NCBI GenBank assembly: GCA_002269645.1
Contig: NIVC01002960.1
Span: 62,001-126,000 of the forward strand
Reading direction: 5' to 3'
From: Macrostomum lignano
Taxonomy: Eukaryota
Length of the DNA: 64,000 bases
Shown: in pieces, positions 56,353-64,000 of the stretch
Position numbering within the stretch: position 1 is the stretch's first letter
How the letters are laid out: each line of letters opens with the position of its first letter
Position numbers and translations under genes: made by a program
Notes under the pieces: model-generated
The model's input: only the letters and a program-made list of their open reading frames with translations
Told to the model about the DNA's origin: nothing
Databases searched by the model: none

Positions 56353-56546
56353 TTGTATGCCACAGACAGCTCGCAAGAACCAGTGGCTATAAGTCAGGCT
56401 GAGCCTATCATAGAATTTTATTTGATACAGGACACCATCACAGCGGACACGCTTAGCAGTACTGCATGCTTCTCAAATGAAAAATACACTACTCGTACTG
56501 TTAGTCTCTCGGGGATTCGATCCGCCTCGTGCTCAGCTAGAGGATC

Positions 56547-57089
56547 TCAACTGTAAACCTGCCTATAAACCTGAGTTGCAACTTCGTCCTCACCGCTGAT
56601 GCGATGGGTTCGCTTCTTGTCCTGCTTTTTCTTCTTTTTCTTGGCCTTGTCTGCTTCCGGCTCTGCCGCTGCCTGCGGCGTTGTTTCTTGTGGAAGTGGC
56701 GGCGGAGGCGGCGCCTTCACCGGCAGCGGCTGCGGCTTCAAAAAGCGACGGCGGAGGCGGCAGACGGCGGCCACCTGGCGCAGCGACCGCCAGCGCGGCG
56801 AATCGGTGGCGGCGGCAGCGGCGGCGGTGGTGTCCCCGGTGACTTCAGAGAGCACCAGCGGCCGGCAGACGGGCTGCAGCCGCTCCAGCACCCAGCGCTC
56901 CGGCATTCGCAGGTGCACCGCTCCGCCAGCGCTGGCCGCGGCAGCCGAGCCGTCCTGGTTGACCAGGCTGACCGGAGCTGCCGATGGCGCGCTGGTCGGC
57001 TCCGGCTGGTCGAAGGCGGGCGTCAAGTTCAGCGAACGGAGCTCCGCGTCCGAGACTGCCGTGGAGACTTCGACCAGACAGTAGTCCAT
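56547..57089 (-). CDS. Coding exon of an unidentified protein (Ala/Pro-rich linker, KKKKKKQDKK basic patch)
   Basis: 180-codon GC3-rich ORF; in-frame coding-like text YPWFPFLAD precedes the ATG; possible donors CAG|GTTTA near the 3' end. Family not recognised. Confidence 0.55.
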   Translation of the reverse strand: MDYCLVEVSTAVSDAELRSLNLTPAFDQPEPTSAPSAAPVSLVNQDGSAAAASAGGAVHLRMPERWVLERLQPVCRPLVLSEVTGDTTAAAAAATDSPRWRSLRQVAAVCRLRRRFLKPQPLPVKAPPPPPLPQETTPQAAAEPEADKAKKKKKKQDKKRTHRISGEDEVATQVYRQVYS

Positions 57090-57116
57090 GTCCGCCAGGA
57101 ATGGAAACCACGGGTA

Positions 57117-57850
57117 GGATCAGGGATAGAGAAACGGGAACTGAGGAGATCAGGGATGAGAAAGGGGAACTGAGGGAGATCAGGGATGGAGAAACGGGAA
57201 CTGAGGAGATCAGGGATGGAGAAACGGGAACTGAGGAGATCAGGGATGAAGAAACGAGAACTGAGGAGATCAGGGATGGAGAAACGGGAACTGAGGAGAT
57301 CAGGGATGGAGAAACGGGAACTGAGGGAGATCAGGGATGGAGAAACGGGAACTGAGGGAGATCAGGGATGGGGAATCGGGAACTGAGGAGATCAGGGATG
57401 GGGAATCGGGAACTGAGGGGATTAGGGATGGGGAATCGGGAACTGAGGGGATTAGGGATGGGGAATCGGGAACTGAGGGAAATCAGGGATGGGGAATCGG
57501 GAACTGGGGGGATTAGGGATGGGGAATCGGGAACTGGGGGATTAGGGATGGGGAATCGGGAACTGAGGGAAATCAGGGATGGGGAATCGGGAACTGAGGG
57601 GATTAGGGATGGGGAATCGGGAACTGAGAGGATTAGGGATGGGGAATCGGGAACTGAGGGAAATCAGGGATGGGGAATCGGGAACTGAAGGGAGATCAGG
57701 GATGGGGAATCGGGAACTGAAGAGAGATCAAGGATAGGGAATCGGGAACTGAAGGGAGATCAGGGATGGGGAATCGGGAACTGAAGAGAGATCAAGGATG
57801 GGGAATCGGGAACTGAGGGAGATAAGGAATTAGGAACCAGGAACTGAGGG
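57117..57850. repeat. ~30-bp tandem repeat (CAGGGATGGRGAAWCGGGAACTGAGGAGAT)n with a polarised variant gradient
   Basis: Directly visible. Confidence 0.95.
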
Positions 57851-59306
57851 GATCAATGATTCTTTTTTTCAAATACAGTGTATGGTGTATGAAAAATTGT
57901 ATATGCAAAATTTATTATGTTAAGTATATACAAAATTAACAACTTTGTTATCAAGAAATATAACAATTAGGCCCATTTTTGCTCCAAAATGGCTTGAAGA
58001 TACTAATATATCATAATTTACTAAATAATATATTGGAATGCATAAAAATCTTTGTACTTTTTCTTATCAATAGATACACTTACATAAATAGTCAAAGATG
58101 GCTTGTGTAGTCAAGAGGTTGGTCTATAGCAAAAATAGAATTATAAACTACATTTTAGTTGCATGTACTTATATGCAAGAATAAATTTTTATACCTATTA
58201 AATGCTTATAATACCTGCAAAAAATAATACCATTTTTATAATCTGGTCTAGCCTTAAATCTGGTCTTAAATATTAAATATTTAAACACTAAGCCTACTAG
58301 ATCCCTATTTATATTTATAATCTCTAGGCTATGCATGACCACAAACTAATGGCCATCTTACATAATACAAGTGTATTTATTTCTATAAAAGGCAGTGCTA
58401 TTAACAAAACAAGAAATATCCTAGTTTCTTAATATTAAGCTATTTTGATACTAGATTTTTAACAAATGAAAACAAGTTTATTAATGCATACTTAAAGTCT
58501 TATAAGGCCTTATGTTTAAGGTTGAGATAAAAAAATATAGTGATTGACAAGCATGTAATTAGGAAGTGCATTGTATGCTTACTAGCCATCTATCAGTCAA
58601 AATGTATATCTTAGGCAACACATATTAGCTAGGCCTATTGCTTTAATTTGCAATAGTGACTTAGCAGACCTTAAATATACTTTAATAAACTTGTTTTAGG
58701 CCTAGTTCATTTGTTAAAAAACTAATGTCAAAATAATTTAATGCTAGAAATTAGGACATTGCCTTAAAACCATATTTGCCAAAATTACCTTTGCAAAAAA
58801 TCCAAAATGTCTTGGGCTAGGCCTATATTTCATTAAAATACCATAGGCCTACTATAAAAAAACTAACTTGTTAAAAATTACAAATTTTGAGTAGGCTAAG
58901 ATAATGGTATTTAAGAATAAGATATTTTTATTTTTGTAGGCCAATCTCAAATGACAAATACCTTAAATTGCCTTATATTTATAGTTATACTCTATAGCTA
59001 TAGGCCCTAGCTAGGCCAAAACTAAACTCAAAATTTTAAATTTACTTGTTATAAACCCTAGTTCTACTTCTAGTCTAGATTAGATTGCAACATAACAAAT
59101 AACTGAATATTAAATAACTTAGTTATATTATAATGCCTACTTGGCTTTTTTAGATCTATTATCACAGATAACTCATTTTTAGTATATTGGACTCTAGCTT
59201 TGTGAAATAAATTAGGGCTAAAATTATCAAATAGGCCCTAAGACACAAAAGATAATCATAATGTTACAAGCATAAGGTGAGTAAGTGATTAAAATTAAAG
59301 GCATGG
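57810..59306. other. AT-rich tract with no CpG dinucleotide and an excess of CTAG/TAGGCC
   Basis: No CG found by reading between ~57809 and 59307; 16 CTAG counted. Confidence 0.85.
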
Positions 59307-60169
59307 CGGCATGGCCCATTGCAATAGGTCTACCATAGGCGTCAACAAATAATGCCTATCACTCTTATCAGTATCAGTGACAGTAACAGTAACTCAGTTG
59401 TCAATGGCAATGTCAAATACAATTGATTTGAATCGGATGGATTCTTTATTGCCATATTGGATGAATTGATTGAATTCTAAGGAAACTTTCAGTTTATTAT
59501 TTACTTCTGAGCCCAGTAACAACCAACAATGAGTTGTCTGGGATGTATCTGACCTATGATATTTTTCTATTCTTCAAGATCGTCAATCCTGGATGCCCAC
59601 GTGCAGAGCATGGTTTCCTCGAAATTTCTAACAATTTAACGAGCTTTTCTACTCGTAGTTTAAAGCATGGGTGAATAAAACCATGGTTTAAGGCCTGCCT
59701 CAGATATATGATACTTATTACATATCTCAGGCGATTTTGTCTGATTCACGATTCAAGATGATGTTGTCTGAGTTGAAGGCTGAGTTAAACAAAAAGGCAG
59801 GATTCAAATAACTTCGATGTTCTGCCTGAGCTCAGATAATTGGATTGCTCCTGATCAACCGCGCAGCTTTCAAGAATTCATTACGTTTTATAATTTCACC
59901 TTATTATCATGCCAATCACCTGTTTAACCAGATATACTGGTATGGCCTGTCATTAATCTAGCTTCTGATCTCCCAGCTTGTAATTTGACAATTGTTGTGC
60001 CTGGGTGCACTTGCAAAACCTGGCACTCTCAGTCAAGTGTGCCCGGCGCCTGCACTTGTCCATTTTTCTCTCTCAGCCCCCCTAAGCTGCTAACTTGTTT
60101 GTGCCCCACCCATTTTTTTGCCCTCTAAGTTGTTTACGCGCCAGCCATGCGACCGCCCCCTAACTCTGC

Positions 60170-60280
60170 TGTGATTGGCTGACCCGCCCAAAGCTGTCTG
60201 CGTCCAGCTGCTTGTACCCTCCTTTGCCCTCTGATTGGCTATTGGTTTTTCGTGTAATTTTAGACTTGGCTTGAACTGAT
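60170..60280. promoter_or_regulatory. Candidate promoter with three CCAAT boxes, a GC box and a CHR-like hexamer
   Basis: ATTGG at 60174, 60234 and 60241; CCCGCCC at ~60183; CTTGAA at 60270-60275. Confidence 0.4.
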
Positions 60281-61285
60281 CGTGGGTCGGAGACTCTATA
60301 GGGCTAAAAGTCAGTGGACCCACATAAGGAGATGTGTGGGGCGCAGCGGGCAGGTTGTTGACATTGCGGCGACCTCGCCCGTCAATTCGATCTACGCGAT
60401 CGTACAAGTATAACAATAAGCGCCAACGGCCACACAGCCTGCTGCCTTACAACGTCGGTGCATTAGTGAGTAGCGCAAGAGCCGGGTAATATATTTACGA
60501 TCGATTAAACGGCCATGCCACAACACAATATATATACATGTATACATGTATAGATGAAATGTATAGATGACAATGTGACCAAATAACCGTGTTAATTATT
60601 TTTAAGTTCCTCGCTGGCATTTCCTCATATTGTCAAATGCGAGTACTTAATTTTAAACGAGTATCCATGCAGACACGGTAGCTGAACAGTGCAATTAGGT
60701 GCTTGTCCAACGGGGGTATTCGTTCAGTTTCACGCAGAAAGCAACACCAGGTTTCTGCAGTATCAGTGTACACACCCTCATTGATGGATGCCCCCAGAAG
60801 AGCTTCTGCAGCATGCGAAACCCATGCCTACACAACTGGGACTGTATCTTACCAATAGGGATTTGTTATACCATGCAGCATAGCCAATCTGTTTGCGCGA
60901 GGATGCGAGAAAGGCGCACTAGCTGCATGTGCGACAAACAATTCAGGCATTCCATTGTCGGCGAGGCAATTTTTAAAGCATTTTTTGTCTGCCGAACGTC
61001 TGCAGCTTTGACAGAAGCTCCGGGCATGATGAACGCGCAGGACCGACGCCCGCCGCTGGTGACCGCTTCTATTTATACGATCTTCCGAATCGGGACTGCA
61101 GCGCGGCGGGCAGGGTTGGGGGGCGAACCGAATCGCTTATCAAGCTGGGAGTTCAACCGCTGAAGTGCGCAGCAGCAAAGTTGGGAGGAGATGCATCGCT
61201 CACTGTTTTGACCAGTTCTCTTTGGACTTGAAAATATTTCGCGGACAGCGGCAGGGAGATTGCGTGCACGGGCGGGATACACGGC

Positions 61286-61540
61286 ATGCAGGCAGCAACC
61301 GGGGATAAATTCCCTTTTGGCCCGGCTGCAGCGGAAACAAAAATGCCTTTCTCGATCTATGCTGATCCCGAGAATCGAGAGAAAATCCTCTCGGAGACAA
61401 TGCAGAGAGGCAGCAACACGCGCTCTCCTGTTGCGGCGTCAGATTTTGCAAACAAATTTTTAAGAGAGTGGCAAGAAGGTTTTGAGCAGCTCGCGGGCTG
61501 CGGGAGCGGCTGGCAATGCCGCATGCAATTTCACCGAAAG
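61286..61540 (+). CDS. Possible first coding exon of an unidentified gene
   Basis: MQAATGDKFPFGPAAAETKMPFSIYADPENREK..., with a plausible donor AAG|GTATTG at ~61540. Downstream exons not resolved. Confidence 0.3.
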
Positions 61541-62344
61541 GTATTGGGGCGATCGCTCGGGATAGGGCAGCACACAAGGTGCCTAAGTGCCTTGATCGGC
61601 CCGAAGAATTCTTGACAAAAGCAATAGGAGAGGTTAGGGAGTCTTCTTGTTGCGCAGGAGCAGAATTTCTAAAGCCGTGATCCCCGGCCTCACGCTATAA
61701 GCCTTGGAAACACTTGGCAAGGCTGCCGATCCCGGGCAAGGGTTTAATTGAAGGTACTCATTCGCCCCGACTGGGTCGTCCCCGCCCTCTAGCCTCTGTC
61801 GACCAGCCGCTGCTGCACTTATGGTCACCGACTCAAGCGAGTCGTTGAAGCGGCTGGGACTCGGCGCGGAAGCATGTGTTCCCGTTCTCAATGCCGGACG
61901 GTCTGGAGATCAGTGGGGGGGGGGGGGGCTGGCGGACGCTTGGGTCTCGGAGCTTCGAGAGCTTTTTGCTGCTGTGGAGGCCGCAGGACAGATAGAAGGT
62001 TGAAGCAGAAAAACTGTGGGACAGCTCCCGACGGCAGAATAGAGGGCTGGCCAGGCGGTCATGGGAAGGGGGACCGAAGGAGACAGTTAGGGAGAAATTC
62101 CCAAGTTCTGCCTGGCTGGGATCAAACTTTTTTTCCACCGCGACCACGCATGCGTTGGTCTCTCTGAGCGAAGCCGCGTTTCAGTTAAATTTTTACTAAT
62201 TAATAATTCTCCAGCCCAGGCCTGCGGCTCGCTTTATCCGATTAAAAGGTTCTGCTGGGGCCGGTTATTGCATTTGGCGGGCGCATCAACACGGGACAGA
62301 CTGCAGTGCTGCCCAACAGGCAACAGGCAGTTGTGCCGCATTCT

Positions 62345-62660
62345 CAGTCAGTCAGTCAGTCAGTCAGTCAGTCAGTCAGTCAGTCAGTCAGTCAGTCAGT
62401 CAGTCAGTCAGTCAGTCAGTCAGTCAGTCAGTCAGTCAGTCAGTCAGTCAGTCAGTCAGTCAGTCAGTCAGTCAGTCAGTCAGTCAGTCAGTCAGTCAGT
62501 CAGTCAGTCAGTCAGTCAGTCAGTCAGTCAGTCAGTCAGTCAGTCAGTCAGTCAGTCAGTCAGTCAGTCAGTCAGTCAGTCAGTCAGTCAGTCAGTCAGT
62601 CAGTCAGTCAGTCAGTCAGTCAGTCAGTCAGTCAGTCAGTCAGTCAGTCAGTCAGTCAGC
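62345..62660. repeat. Perfect (AGTC)n microsatellite
   Basis: About 78 uninterrupted units. Confidence 0.98.
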
Positions 62661-64000
62661 TCAGCGGCCGGTCGCCAACCGAAGCTTGCTGCGAACTCGC
62701 AGCCGCAAGTGCGGCGGACACTGCGGAACAAAAAAGCAAGACACCACGGAGAGAGTTCGGGAAGAGAAACCTGATCCCCTAGGATGCGGGAGTGCCAGAC
62801 CGGCCGGGAGGCGGCACGAGCTGCTGCTGGATTATGAATGCAGCTCCCCAGCCTGCAGCAGCTTTGCAGTTTCCACAACTTGGCTTGCCAAGGCCTGGAA
62901 GTCAGCGCTGGGCCGCCTCATCAGGCTGGCGCCCTCCCACTACTAATCTCCTTCATTATCGCCCCGCTCTGTCCGACGCGGGAGACTTAAGGCGCCTGGG
63001 ATCAAAATATCCATCCATTTCTTCTTTTCCCTTACCCCATCCCAGTCCGGCTCCTCTGGCCTCTCTACCCCCTTCCTCAGATTGAAATCCGTGGAGTCGC
63101 GCCAGCCAGAGGCTGCCGTGGTGTCGTGAAATTAGTGTCAATTATGGCGGCGGGTATCGGGAGGCTCCGAGAGGGGTGGGTTGGGGAGGGGATTTTTCGC
63201 CCTCACGCTCTCTCACTCCCTCTGGGGGGGGGGCAAAAGTACCCGGCTGGTTGCTTGGCGCAGCTGAGACAGCTCGTCCATATTCGCTTAAGCCTCAGCC
63301 TAGGAAAAGTAATTTTGTTGTTTTTTGTTTGCTTTCTTTTCTGGAGCCCGAGAGAGCACACGTTGGTACTCAAGAAGTCGCGAATGGCTCTCCATTCGCG
63401 GTGGCAGAACCTGCTTCCCTTTCAGTCTCATTGCTGCAAGGCTCCAAAAGCAAACAGCGGCATTTTTCTTTTGGGTCAAGCAGCGAATCAGACAGATTCG
63501 TCCTCACGGCTCAGTGTCCTTTCTGGGTTATCTTGAATGCAACCAGCAAGAGAAAATGCAAAATGATGAAGCGTCAAGATAAGAACGGTATGGCAGGCCT
63601 CAGATAAATTTCAAGAATTAGGTAGGTAGGTCACACTACCAAAGCTCTACCAAAGTCAAACCGCATTGTCGTCACGCGTCTTCTGGCACTGTTCCAGGTC
63701 TCTGCATGCGCCAGGGCGACACGCATCGGCTGCTTTCTACAGTCAGGGGCTCAGCTTCCTCTGCGATGGAGCGCGACTCGCTGTTCCAAAGCCCGCAACA
63801 CCGAGGCAGCCCAGTGGAAGTGAAGCCCGGGATGAGCCTATCCTATCTGACAAGTCGCCAACACCGCCCTCAGACCTTCGCAGAGAACTTTGGGTGCGCG
63901 CGAATTCCCAATGAGCGCCAGGGACTTCCGTCATTGGCTGCTAGCGGCGATCCCCCAGCCAGTCTGCACTAAACTTCCTCTCCGTGTCTCTCGTATTCCA

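Noticed and set aside
61780-63972. Further plus-strand exon candidates (61821..62003, 62686..62946, 63666..63914)
   Set aside because: I could not build a phase-consistent model or recognise a domain.

Overview
Repeat-rich metazoan genomic DNA with GC-rich exons and spliceosomal introns. The style suggests a free-living flatworm such as Macrostomum, but that is inference only. Contents, in order: (1) the 3' end of an RNase H-bearing LINE (1-1226); (2) a complete, very young Mag-like Ty3/Gypsy LTR retrotransposon (3626-7917) with 185-bp LTRs that look identical and a GTGGA target-site duplication; (3) two paralogous minus-strand classical-cadherin-like genes (8382-13041 and 20314-25683), flanking a 4-EF-hand calmodulin-like gene and an intronless MFS-like transporter; (4) a multi-exon single-pass protein with a long Tyr/Pro-motif-rich tail (32086-42958); (5) a frameshifted type I membrane receptor-like gene (~46550-51346, minus); (6) a claudin/PMP22-like tetraspan gene (53082-55111); (7) a few orphan exons, two tRNA-derived SINE families and two CpG-free AT-rich tracts. 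About 30 unrelated tandem arrays cover roughly a quarter of the window. The most striking signal is the cadherin pair. Both splice a signal peptide directly onto one degenerate cadherin-like repeat followed by the NC-EGF-LamG-EGF-LamG-EGF-TM stalk, so the adhesive EC array is missing. One paralog keeps a beta-catenin-binding tail and the other is tail-less, and the two show patchwork gene conversion. All gene models were built by hand from GT/AG sites and phase arithmetic; no database searches were run.
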